DNA of 63,360 nucleotides, the filler included, from Atractiella rhizophila (lineage: Eukaryota), in the NCBI GenBank assembly GCA_021432655.1. It is 4 parts of 4 records of this genome, joined end to end, with 100 filler letters (N's around TTAATTAATTAA, not from the genome) between each part and the next. Parts side by side here need not be neighbours in the genome. Positions count along the whole stretch, not along the records: positions 1 to 18,021 come from MU271866.1; positions 18,122 to 36,117 come from MU271867.1; 2 more parts are not named here. One strand, 5' to 3'. This document shows, piece after piece, positions 12,324 through 24,077 of the stretch. The notes beneath the pieces were generated by a model that was not told where the DNA came from, made no database searches, and was given only the letters and a program-made list of their open reading frames with translations. How positions within the stretch are numbered: the first letter of the stretch is position 1; every line of letters starts with the position of its first letter. The position numbers and the translations under genes were made by a program.

Positions 12324-14832
12324 ATGTCGTATCCTAAGGAGGTTGATTACATTCTCATTGGTGGCAAGTCTTTGCTCTTTTGCTAGGCCGGGTTCAAATT
12401 ACTGTAACGTGCAGGAGGCGCTTCTTCAATCACTTTCCTAGCTCGAATTGCTCCCGCAAATGCGCAGTTCACTTTTTTAGTCCTTGAACGAGGGGGAGTT
12501 GCCGTCAATGATGACACTGTTCAGAATCCCTCTAAGTTTGCGAGCCATTTAGCGCCAGGGGCAAAGTATACGCATTTTGTTGAAGCCCAGCTGGATCAAA
12601 GAACAACAGTTATCGCTCAAGGTTGGTCCGCAGAGTGATTCTAGCCACATCGCTGAGCTTTAGCAGGCAACGCAGTCGGAGGCAGTTCCATCATCAATGG
12701 AACAGTATACTCGCGAGGTTAGTGCTTTGGCCAACCGAACTTCAGATGTTCAGCTATAACCAGGCAGCAAATCGGAATTCGATGAGTGGAAGCAAGATGG
12801 ATGGCGCTTTAACGACCTGCTCCCATATTTCAAAAAGGTATGGTCCTCACGTTTGTTTTCGGCAGACTGATTTGGCCATTACACAAGGTTGAAGACTATC
12901 ACGCACCATTGAATGACAAGGATATGCACGGACTGGACGGAAACTTGAAAGCGAGCAACTCACCTCTCAAGCAATGGGTCAGAGCTAATAGTGTCAACAG
13001 GTTTGCGCAACGAAAACATCTCGATATGCCGAGGAGTGGCTTCGGATCGTAGAAGAATCTGGCGTTCCTAACACGAAAGAGTAGGTGTTGTCGCTTCAAT
13101 CTCGAAAAACATTTTACCCAAACTGGCAGTTTCCATGATTTCAATACTTCTAATGGATGTTCTACAATCAAGCAGTTCAAAGATCCGGAAACTGGTGTCC
13201 GCTCAGATGTAGCGCATTCACTATTGTAAGGTCAAGGTATCGAAATCTCCATCTAAGGGCTAACACTGAAGCCTTTAGGTACCCTCTTCGTCCACACTTC
13301 TATCCCCCGATTGAAGCTCTCCCGTCAGACCATCGTAGCAATGTTCACATTGTGTATTCTACCGAGGTGTCTCGCATTCTGCTCAGAAATGGCAAGGCGG
13401 ACGGTGTTGAGTTCGACGGGAGGGTTATTCGAGCAAGACGTCTCGTAATCCTATCAGCTGGAGCTTTGGCGTCACCTCTGGTCCTCGAGCGAAGTGGTAT
13501 CGGAAAGAGAAATGTGCTGGAAAGTGCCGGTATAGAGCTGAAGGTGGAGAACCATGGCGTGGGAGAGAAGTACGCTTCTCATCATTCCTTTCAAGCAAGT
13601 TTTGAGACCTGAGTAAACCGTAGCTACATGGATCACATTGGTCAGGCTTTTGTCTTATTGTTTCGATGTTATCTCTCATGAAACGCGGGTTTAGGTCTAT
13701 ATGTATTTTACCGTGGTCCGGTTGATGACAAAGAGCTGCAGCTTATCGATGACACTGCTGTAGGAGTGGATGCTGGTCTGCCAAGGTTATCGCTGTCGCA
13801 TGGGCTAATCTGCTTCAACAGGTGCTAAACTTAGCATGACAGGTCAAGAAGTGCAGAAAACTTCGCCTGACTTTCAAAAGCACTGGAACAGAAGCATTCA
13901 CCCCTATCCTGATCGCGCAATGTGTTGGATCGGATTTGCCCCAGTGCGCCTCAGATCTGTTGCTATCTTCTTTCGACAGTGAGCTGAACACCATCGCAGA
14001 TCCCGTTAGGTGACCCAACGCCTTTCGGTAAAGGACGGTTCTATACCTGCGGTTTGCTGAATCTATTTTGTGATTTTGCATTAACTGATCACCTCTCTTT
14101 AAGGTGGATACATCAACCACTTGTCCTCGCGAGGTATGGTCTCTGCTTTCTGTTGGTAGAATAATCTAAGTAATCGATACAGGATCGATTCACATCTCCG
14201 GCTCTGCGCCGGAATCTAAACCAATCTTCAAGCCAGGTTTATCAACTGTAGACTTGGAGGGACTCGCCTGGATATATAAAAGGTCACGGGAGATCAATCG
14301 TCGCCTCTCCTGCTACCGTGGGGAACCAGCAGCAGCGCACCCACGGTTTCCTCCAGGATCGCCTGCAAGCATTCAAGAATTTACAGACGGTCCAGTTCCT
14401 TTTGACGAGAAACCGATCGTCTATTCTGACGAGGATGAAGAGGCACTGATACAATATGTTTCTGATGCACTTTTTTACACTTGGTATATTCCTAAACATC
14501 ATGGCTTATTCGTCTACTGACTTTGAATCCTTTAGGCATGCAGCTGGGACATGTGCCATCGGAAGTGTTATCGACAATCGATTGAATGTTTTGGGGGTGG
14601 GCAATCTGAAGGTCGTCGACATGTCTATCCTTCCTGCTCACGTTGGAGGTGGGTTGAAGCCCTCTCACGTTTTGAGCAGTATTCATGTTGGGATCAGCAA
14701 ATACGTATGCCACTGCGTGTATGATTGGGGAGAAAGCGGCCAGTATTGTCGCTGAAGGTGAGGTGCCCCCATCAAAAAGGGAAGAGGCGCTCACAGTGAC
14801 TTCTAGACTTCAGTCTTGCCCTCGTCAAATAG
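12324..14832 (+). CDS. GMC oxidoreductase (alcohol oxidase-like, AA3_3), apparently intact paralog
   Basis: MSYPKEVDYILIGGG (GC-AG first intron), GNAVGGSSIING, SAGALASPLVLERSGIG, YTWHAAGTCAIG, VVDMSILPAHVGANTYATACMIGEKAA; same exon layout as 431-2937. Confidence 0.85.
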
Positions 14833-14976
14833 GGTTCGTCTGGGTGAGTTAAGTATATTTCAGGAAATGGGGGCGAGAAGAACGTCAACGATTATTTGTC
14901 TAATGCAACTAAAGTATCCACAAACAGCACAACAACGAGTAAATAAGCGTCAGTGCACACAATGGCAAGTCTTGAA

Positions 14977-17498
14977 TCAGCGTTTGCGTTTATGACTCTT
15001 CTTTTCCTTGACGCTCCCCTTCGTCGTGCTCTTCCTTCGCTTCTTTCCTTTCCCTGTACCGATTTCACTCTCTTCATCACTACTCGAACTTTTTTCGCTC
15101 AGATTTTTCTCCCAATCCAAGATCCGATCATCGTCAAGGGTGTTCCCCTGCCTCGTCTTCAACAGCGCCTTTTCTGTCGCATCGATATACTGATCTAATA
15201 TTTCCAGTTCTTTCTCTTCGTCCGCGTCAACCTCCATAGCTTCCTCCACGTCTGTCGTCTCGGAAGGAAGAGCCGGCAGAGGCACAAGGCTTGTGGAGTC
15301 GTCTTCGATATCTCTGATCCACGCCAGGCCCGCAAAGCGACCGAAACGTCGGTAGCATATGTTTGAACCCCATTCGCCGTACTCTTCTTTAGTCACAAAG
15401 TTCTGTAGGAGGGAAGGTGCGCGAGGAGAAGTGAGCAGCGCGGCGGCAGAATCGAAGGAGGCAGTCGTAGGACTAAGATGGTGTTGTTAGCGAATGGCTG
15501 AATGAAAATGAGAAGGTGAACTTTGGAGGAAGACAGATGTTGATGTCGTATTCTGATGGCGCTAATGGACGGAGGTCCGTCATCCTGCCAGCATTCTTCA
15601 CTTGTGCACCACCAGGGAAATTAGACGTACAATCTGTCGCGAAAACCTGGGAATTGAGAACTGCCGCCAATACAAATTATATTATCCCACAACATGCCCC
15701 TGTACTCCTCAGGGAACCCTTCAATGACATCTGCAACGCAATCGCTGATGCCCATTTGGTCAAGGCCTGGAGATTCATGAATGCACGATTTTCAAGTGAA
15801 CGAAGAAAGGACGAACCGATTAGTTCGGGGTTGAACAGCACCTCAGGAATGGCAAAACGCTCATTTCCCATAATCAGTACTTGGTCTGGCTTTTCTATGC
15901 CTTGTATGTTCAACGGTTTTTCACCGGATTGGAGGATGTAGCCTAGAGATGTCTTGGCATCCTTTGTTTGGGAAGGTGTGAAGTCGGGAAGAACATATTG
16001 TTGCACAACTGAAGAGGGATTGGCTCTATAGAACCCTTGAGATGCAAAGTACACTCGGAGAAGAAAATACATACTTCCATGACCGCAGCTGACCCGGAAA
16101 GTCTAATGCCACGAAACAACACCGCTCTTTTACGACGTTCATAACATAGGTCTGATCCATCATATACCACTGTCTAAAACTGACAAGTTCTTTCAAGTGG
16201 TTTGTCAAGAGCTTTCCGCCTACATCAATCCTGCGCCAGATACAATGGTCATGTTTCCTCTTCTTAAAGCCTCAGATTACGGCACGAACCGTCGAACGCC
16301 TCGCCCAACGACGCGACCCTGAACAACAGGTACGATATGCGTGAAACTGTATCCGGCATCAATGACCAGAGCGCATTCTGGCACGATTATATCCTGTTGA
16401 GAGGCAGCGGTGGCAGTTTTGGATTTCCGTTTCCCTTTCTTCTTCTGTTCCGCTACGCCGGAAGGTGGCGGAAGTGGCTGCTTTGCATTCTTGCCATAAA
16501 GAGGAGCAGGGTACCATCCCGCCAGCAATGCAGCTTATGACCCGAATGAGAACAAAAGGGAAACAGCGAATTTAGGAAGACACACATGGCCCTCGCCAAT
16601 AGGATTGGAAGCCAAACTCCTCAAATACCATCTGGTCGTATGATTCCTGGACATTTGGAAGATTCAGAGGGGGTTCAGTGAGCAGCAGGTCGGTGTCTGT
16701 GGTTGTAATCTGCCCAAAATCATGTCAGAACAGCTAGAAGGAAAGACTGCTGTGATGAGGATGTGTCTGCGTGAACAACTGTTGTCTAGTGGCGACATGT
16801 TACGCATCAAAGAGAAGTAATGGCGTTAAAATACATGGAAAAAATTCATAACTCAAATAAGTTACTAGGACATGAGGACCACAAGAAGTTGACCCAGCCT
16901 ACATAAAGTTCAGGTCTATATTATAGCAACCTGATTAGTGAAGAAGACAGTCCGTGAGCTTTGCACTAGAATATGCAGGGGAAGACCTCATCTTAGGGTC
17001 AATGATCGTCCACGAGTGCGACGACAGCGCATAAAGAGTGCTATCAATGTCACGTCAGGCACCTGACTGGCTAAGCATATGAGGAGAAAGTATCTTCATT
17101 TATCTTCCTGGTATATGATTTGAGACTGTTTTGAGTTAGTTATTTGCAATAAGCTGGTATAAGGACGCAACGTCCAAAGAACAGACGAACAAGAGCTGTT
17201 CAAGAAGCAAGCGTACCTTTCCGTCCAATACGACCCAATCCCAAATCTTCTTCTGCACCTCCCAATCCCGTAAAATCCCCTTCTCAAATGGCAATCTGTA
17301 TGTTAGTCCAGCAAAGTCATCGCATTCCTTTTCAAGCTGAGAGCCAATAAAAGTGCGTTTGGGGAAGAGTTTCGAACGCGTTAACGCGTTCGAGCAGATC
17401 GTTGCAGAAGGAGCTACTTTTGTGCCAGGTTGCACAACGGTATGTTTAATACTCGAAGCTCCGTTGTCGAATATCAGAAGAGGCGATACTAGGTCCAT
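14977..17498 (-). CDS. ARP6: Actin-related protein 6 (SWR1 complex)
   Basis: [86 protein letters not shown]; acidic/basic tail. Confidence 0.9.
16710..17216 (-). ncRNA. 507-nt structured first intron of ARP6; candidate intronic ncRNA
   Basis: GTACGC...GGGCAG joins [16 protein letters not shown] in frame; nested inverted repeats 17194-17201/16728-16735 and 17130-17138/16849-16857, hairpin 16910-16934. Confidence 0.4.
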
Positions 17499-17829
17499 TC
17501 TGTGATACAAGGGGTGGGGAAACTTAGGAGCAACGGAGCCGAGCAGGAAAACAAGCTTAAACAAGGCAGGAACAAGGCCTTGTTCCTTCCAAAAGGAGAT
17601 CTTGTACGTAACCTTTTTTTTATCTCGTTGTTTGCAAATTTCAGCCTACTGGAAGGTTAGCTTGTTCGCCCATAGGTCCGTTAAACACTTGAAATTATTC
17701 CTATATTGTAGGTTATATACACAAGTTCAATTACCTTTCGAGCATCAAGTTTGGTCTCCCCATATTTTCGATTTCAACGCTTGCTAGTTCGCCAACCAAG
17801 CTAGCCAAGACTGGAGTGGAATTCAGTGG

Positions 17830-18021
17830 ATGCCTCCAAAATCGCAACTTACGCGTTGTCTGACATGCCAGTTCTTTGGCACATCCTGCACTATTGCGAC
17901 CGGACAGCTTGTCTGTGATCCCTGTAGAAAAGAAAGCAGGAAGTACATGTTCTGCATCACCATTTTCGACAATTTGACGGTATTGGTAGATGTGTTCGAC
18001 GGTCCAAGGATCGTAACAAAG
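17830..18021 (+). CDS. Zn(II)2Cys6 domain protein, 5' fragment cut by gap
   Basis: After one intron: CLTC-x6-C-x8-CDPC-x6-C. Confidence 0.6.
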
Positions 18022-18121
18022 NNNNNNNNNNNNNNNNNNNNNNNNNNNNNNNNNNNNNNNNNNNNTTAATTAATTAANNNNNNNNNNNNNNNNNNNNNNN
18101 NNNNNNNNNNNNNNNNNNNNN
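18022..18121. other. Assembly gap with artificial TTAATTAATTAA linker
   Basis: 100-nt N block with the same central 12-mer also at 36118 and 54150. Confidence 0.95.
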
Positions 18122-18356
18122 ATTCCTTTCCCTCCGACTTGGGCAGCCATCTCCCTGTCCGGCTCGAATAAACCAGTTCCTCCCGTCCCAGGCTGAGGAG
18201 AGAGCCGATCGGAGGGAATGGAATGGGTGTTAAAGTCTGCATTACCAGTGAGGAAACGTTCTGAGCTCTGAAAACTGAAAACGTGCCTTGGAATGCTAAA
18301 TCATTAGAAGGATCGTCAATGTCGAAGACGACGGGTGCATAACCGCCCTTGCTCAT
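18122..18356 (-). CDS. YIP1-family (YIPF1/2, Yip5-like) protein N-terminus, cut by gap
   Basis: MSKGGYAPVVFDIDDPSNDLAFQ|DFNTHS... resembles fungal Yip1-domain protein N-termini; remainder missing. Confidence 0.5.
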
Positions 18357-19934
18357 CTCAGACTCGCTCAAATGGTTAAAGGCTCGCTTGCTGAAGTTGT
18401 GACGCGGAGGCCTAAAGCTGGCATTGTAGCCTGACCAGCGGCACCGAAACTCCGACCTCCTTGATGCATTGAATCCCGCAAGCAGATGAAGAAAGAGGAC
18501 GGAGAACGAAATGGTGCTGAATGATCAAGGGTTGAGGGAAGCGAAAGACCTCCTGCTCATGAGCGCAAACTTCAAACTCCATGAAAGGAGGCATCGAAGC
18601 GAGCTTCAGGCTCATTATCATATCACACGTCTACCAATGGGAGCAGCAGCAAATTCAACTAAGCTTGGATATGATGATCCTACTGTAGACGGGGAGGACT
18701 TTGACGTGGGTGGGAATGGAAAGAGAGCTATGGGAAGGACTGTATGAGTTCGTGGTTAGTGTAACAAGGGTGACTGCTGATGCCATTTCAACGAAAAAGT
18801 AGCAACTTGTATCCGAGGGGTGAGGGCAGTAAAGCTTTGAAAGGGTCAAAGTATCTTGACCAGTCTGCAGTTCACGTCCAATAACCATACTGAGTCTATC
18901 GATCTCTTCAATATGAGGTCAATTTACGGCTAATGCTTCAGTTCCCATGTGCACTCCGTGTTTCCTCTTTGCTTACTTCAGAAAATAGCATTGCATAGCA
19001 AATTGGCGAGCTAAATTGAAAACAAGAAAAAGCCTATTTTCCCCCAAACAGGTACAGTGATCTTTGTATAGCATTGATTTATAACACGGCTGAGTAGGGC
19101 AATGCATTGTAGGTGCATCATTTGAAGGAATTCAGTGAATCTGTCTGCAAGACGGAGTACGAACTAATCACCGGCGTCAACATTAGTGGACTACTGCCTA
19201 TCGTGGATGACGCAACGGCTTTCTAGCAGGCGCGGCTCTGCTTGTGACATGTCACCAGTTTGGTCTGAGCGTTTGAACGACGATAACATAGAGGAAAACA
19301 AACCGACAAGTCTGAAAAAGAAGGAACACACTCTCATTACGGATAGATGTGCCCTCACAACCTGGAAGGCAAATGGATGGAAGGATCCAAGCACAGAGGC
19401 AAAATGTTGACGAAAATTGACCTGATTGAAAGCAGCTGCGCCAGGCTCTCCACAATGATCGAAACTCTCCAGTTGCCCTCAGACAGCAAGGAATTCTTCT
19501 GTTCTCTTTGGGTAAATCAGTCATAAGGAGAGACAGTATGAGTTTTCATCAATATATGGTGTTATGGAGCACGATTGGATGCTCCAAGCTAGATGAAAGT
19601 CTATCCAAACTAGACGAGCACAATCAAGCTCTCATGTCAAAGTCGTGACTCCCTATTAGTGAATGGTGCATATCAGAAAAACGGTCATCCAGAACAATTC
19701 ACGAGGGTGATTGGAGGAATTCCATTCAAAGAACGCTCAGCACACACAGACTTGAGGAGACGATCTATCAATCTCCTACGTAGATACCCGTTCTAGTTAA
19801 ATAGTGCGCAAGAGGGACCTTGACATTTGGGTGAGAACTAACGAGCAAAAGCTCTGCAAATTTCGATTCTCCGCAGACGAGGACGATAAGCATGACAACA
19901 TAGAAAGTGGCAAAGCGAGTTTGCTTTGTAATGA

Positions 19935-20699
19935 TTACTTTCCAACCTCCAGGCCCATGATTGTATCTTGATTCTAACCCCATCGGATCAACATGTCGCG
20001 TCAATATTGCTTCGTGAGAGTGGCAGAAAGGGGACATACCAATGATTTTACCTCCTTTTCCAGCTCAGCATACGCTTCCAAAAATTCTGTCACCTCCTCC
20101 TTCTTCTCCTCCGCCTTCTTTCCTCCTTTCTTGCAGCACATCACGACACTAGTTGGTCGCTTGGTGGAGCTCGCACTCCCCAACAGCTCCTTCGATGGAA
20201 CAAAGATATAAGGAACTTGGCTATCTTCACACAAGACGGGAAGGTGAGACAGAATGTCCAATGGTGAGATGTCAGCCGCGAGGACGACGAGGCCAGTTTC
20301 GGATTTGCGAAGCGATTTGACAACTTCTTTCACTCCTCGTTTGAGGTGATGCGATTTGGCAGCTTCCCATCATCATTCAGTATTGATACCATCACATCCT
20401 TTCATCACAGAGACCAACAAAGACCCACCCTTTTTCACCGTCCTTAACACTTTCTTACACATCTTTTTCTGTGCTAACGGTCTAGCAATTGGACACAGCG
20501 ATTCCACGTCGACCTCCTTCTCCTCCCCATCCGCATCCTTCACTTTCTCTTTCTTTCTCTTCTTTTTTGCCGGCTCATCAGCATCATTTGTCACTAGAGT
20601 GTCCTCCACCGCTTCTTTTGACTTTGAGGGAGAATCCACTTCCATGGCACTGGAGGGACGCTTTTTTGATTTTTTGGAGGAGGATTTTTCTTCGCCCAT
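19935..20699 (-). CDS. NHP2: H/ACA snoRNP subunit Nhp2 (L7Ae family)
   Basis: PIARPLAQKK...KRGVKEVVKSLRK...LAADISPLDILSHLPVLCED...LGSASSTKRPTS; 3 exons. Confidence 0.92.
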
Positions 20700-20781
20700 T
20701 TTGGATATTGTGAGGGAATAGAGCTTAGAGCACTGAGGAGGAGAGAAAGAGCAGGAAAGAGGACGGAAAAGTTTAAAATTT

Positions 20782-22585
20782 GGCAGGAAGTAACAAATCC
20801 GTCCGCCCTTGCACCAACGAGGAAACGTCTAGTTTCGAGGTATTATGAGAGGAACATCAGAAGGTGTACCGCGAATTGAGAATACAATTATATAAATGGA
20901 GGGTGAGAGCACTGTAACAGAGGCTCAGAACCTGATGGAGGGAACGAAAACGAGAACTGGGACTTTGGTACGTCGTTCAAGCGTAAATGGAAAGGTATGG
21001 TGTTTTTCAGCCTGAGGGTTGTTTGCAGTGTGCATAACTGGCACAAAGCGTATAAAATGACTAGCAGCCTGTTTAGCTTCACACATTCCCACATTTCACT
21101 GCTGCTGATTTGCCTTCTGAAGGGAGAGGACGCTTTCTCTTAGTGACATGAATGTATGTTCCGTGCCCCGTACCACATACTTATACAACCCTTGGCTCTT
21201 CATCGAAACGCGCTCTTTTTCTTGCAGTTGTGCTGGTCGGTTTCATTTCTTATTCATGGTATTGACGGAGAGTTTAGCCTGGTTGATTTCAACCCAAACA
21301 CTCTAGAGGAAGCAGAGCCATCAGACCTTGTGCACCGTCAATTGGACATGCTATCGTTGGCGCTATTGAAGCAGATTCAGTTAGTGTGGACTGTTGAGCC
21401 TAGCTCTCCATATTTGATGCGTGTTGCAGCAACTGACATTGCTGTGGGTTCTGAGTTGCAACAGAGACGCTCATGAAACAAAGAAAGACAACACTTGCTA
21501 AGATTTCATATCAACGGCATTATAGACAGTTAAACTTCCACAGGGGGATTCTTCAGCATGACTTGTCCCCTCTGTGTCAAACATCCGAGTCACGCCTTTG
21601 TTCTATCACGTCCCTTAGCAAGTTCTATGATTTTTTGGAGTCTCATAACGAATTCAGTCGTTCAAACCATCTTCATAAATCTTTACAGCTCAGCATTTGA
21701 CATGCAGCTGATCACCAACATTATCAGTTCCTCTCTGATCTCTTTTACCACCTGCCCACAGGACAAACCTAGTTCGAACCATTGGACGACATCCTGCTCA
21801 CTAACCGGACTGGTTCGACCGTTTCCTCTCCCTCTTCTCACTCCCTTCATAGAGGAGACATCGTCGGGATCGTTGGCGCTCCATGCACAGTCAAGACGCA
21901 CACTCTACTTCTTCGCGCTCACCACACTCGTTCCGTCACTGTGGGAAGCGAGAATTCGACCCATCGCACAATTCCCGCATCTCGCGGCGACAGGAGAGAA
22001 TGGAGAGAACAGTGCAGATTCCGCTTGGGGGAAGAGGAAAAGGAGTGGTGGTGCTGGATTGCGATGGGAAAGTTCAGGGTGAAGAGATTGGCGGAGTTGT
22101 TGCGTTTCTACTTCGAGGGCCGGCTTGGTGATTACCTCAAAGGGCGAACCTGGACGTGTCGGAGTTGAGTGAAGAGACGAATATGGACGCTATGGTTCGA
22201 GTTGCGCTGAAGCATCTTCACGTCTTTCGCCCCACCTTCCCCCCCCCCCCCCCCACAATTAACGGCGACCGTTCGTTCCCTCCCTCCCTATTTAAGAGCG
22301 GAGGCGCCGGGAAAGGAAATCGCTTTCCTCCTCGTTGACGGGCTCTCAGCCTTACATATCCTTCCCTCAACCACAACGATGAACTCAGATCTCGTTTCAG
22401 CTCTCCACAAGGTCCGCTTACACACTGGGTGGATCACCCTCATCACGTCCTGGGCCTCCCATCGCTCGCCTGCTGTCCCCACGCTGCCTTCGCACTCCAG
22501 CTCCTCTAGTTCAACCCCACAACAACACCTGGTGCAGCCCTTGTCGGAGGCACACTGGGTCCTCACTGCACAGATCGTGACATCC
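20782..22585 (+). repeat. Segmental duplication, copy A
   Basis: Near-identical to 24078-25832. Confidence 0.92.
21762..22585 (+). pseudogene. XRCC2-like RAD51 paralog pseudogene, copy A, 3'-truncated
   Basis: RGDIVGIVGAPCTVKTH (decayed Walker A), LGGRGKGVVVLDCDGK, LHVFRP, FLLVDGLSA (Walker B); in-frame stop and frameshifts. Confidence 0.7.
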
Positions 22586-23217
22586 AGATTTACGTATACG
22601 GGCAATTCGGCACTTTCCTGGCGACTTCAAAGCTGCATGAGGGAGCAGATCGTGTCCAGCGATGACTGGTTGTCACAGCATGTCATTCCCAAAGGTGAAG
22701 GTTAGCATTTTGCCATGGCTTTCTTCACCACAAGTGTCGTCTCCAAACAGCTTCCCATGCTCTTTCCATTGTCTCTGAAACATTGACTGACTTCTCTTGT
22801 TCTCACAGCGAAGGTCTTCTACCTTATTGCCCTCTTCGGACCCAAAGATCCCTGGCGGACTAACTTCATCTCCTCCGTTCTCATGTACGACAGCTTTCTT
22901 CCATCTACACAGGCAGAACGATAACTCTTTACGTCTGCAGATGGACCGCGAAAACAGGTACTTGCCCTGCTGGCGATCTCGATGTGCACGCATACATCGG
23001 TGAGATGTACTACAAAGAGACATCCTACCAAGCGGCGTTGGGACACCTCCTTCTCTCCCCCACCTCCTCTTCCGCTCTCACCGCCGCCGAAATGCTCTTC
23101 AATTGGTCGAAGCTAGATCCTGCTGGCGAAGTTGAGAGCGCGGGGCGGTATGCGTCGAAGACAGTGTTGACGTTTGTCTGTCTGTCTTCGTCCTGACTAA
23201 TAACAGACTGACATCAG
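22585..23217 (+). pseudogene. GET4 internal fragment (3' part of long intron plus exons 2-3)
   Basis: 22585-22908 matches 35796-36117; continues GDLDVHAYIGEMYYKETSYQAALGHLLL...MLFNW. Confidence 0.8.
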
Positions 23218-23610
23218 GCTATAATGACGGCTTCTTCATTGGCCTGCCACCCACAGATTCCACTCCCCCAAAAACCAGGGAGGCGCTTCCATCTTTAGCC
23301 TTGCTCACCTTTCTCTTTTCTAGGGAAGACATTTCTCAGAGACGCCCCGCCATCCCCACCGAATTTTGCCACCTTTCCACATCTCCACGATCTAACGATG
23401 ATGAGAATATGGGATATGAAGACTAAGAAGAATCGGTGGGATAGAAACTGCTACATTTATTATGCTGACTGCTCGTCGCATGTCGTTGTTGTTCCTGTGG
23501 TTGAAGCATGCCTTTCTGGAATACAAGCATAAAATTTCAACATCAAAAGATTTTATTAACATGTCGCGCTGGCTCCCTCATTTCTTTGCCTCCCCCTCCT
23601 CTGGAGATGA

Positions 23611-24066
23611 CTAGGCGGGTCTCTTGGCTTCAAGAACATTCAAACTTGTAGTTTGAGGATCAACTCTTCCCCCATCTGCCATACACAAGTTGACCGGCAA
23701 TTTGTCCAAGACCATCTTCATAAACTTTGCGAAACTCGCAAAGTTTTCTTCCCTCTCGCCTTCTGCTTCCATTCCTCCCTCAATGAGCATCCTATCGTGG
23801 ACAATGGCCAAACGTAAGTTGTCCATTGCTTCTACGGTGCCATGGAACCAAGGATCAAACGCCGGTTCCTTCATGAACAGAAGAATACCTCGTTGTAAGT
23901 AGAACTCAGAACCAGAATAATGATAGATGCCATTGTAGCGAGAAATCCGTTGACGCAACCAGTCGCAATGCTCATCAGATGGTACCGGCGGAGGGATATG
24001 ATTGTTTGGGACGTGGGCCAGTAGCCACCAGTAAAGAAGCCACCAGACGGACTCCAAATCGTATGA
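23611..24066 (-). pseudogene. FunK1 fungal protein kinase C-lobe fragment
   Basis: YDLESVWWLLYW motif; 23393-24059 homologous to 29203-29870. Confidence 0.7.
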
Positions 24067-24077
24067 CGGAAAATGCA

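Noticed and set aside
16990..17002. Telomerase RNA template in a long intron (ACCCTAA on the minus strand)
   Set aside because: Lacks the ~1.5-repeat TAACCCTAA template; none found in the other long introns.
18066..18077. Palindrome TTAATTAATTAA, three occurrences
   Set aside because: Always centred in 100-nt N blocks; an artificial six-frame stop linker.
21664..21670. AAACCAT as the snR30/U17 m2 motif
   Set aside because: No AUAUUCCUA m1 motif and no correctly spaced ACA box.
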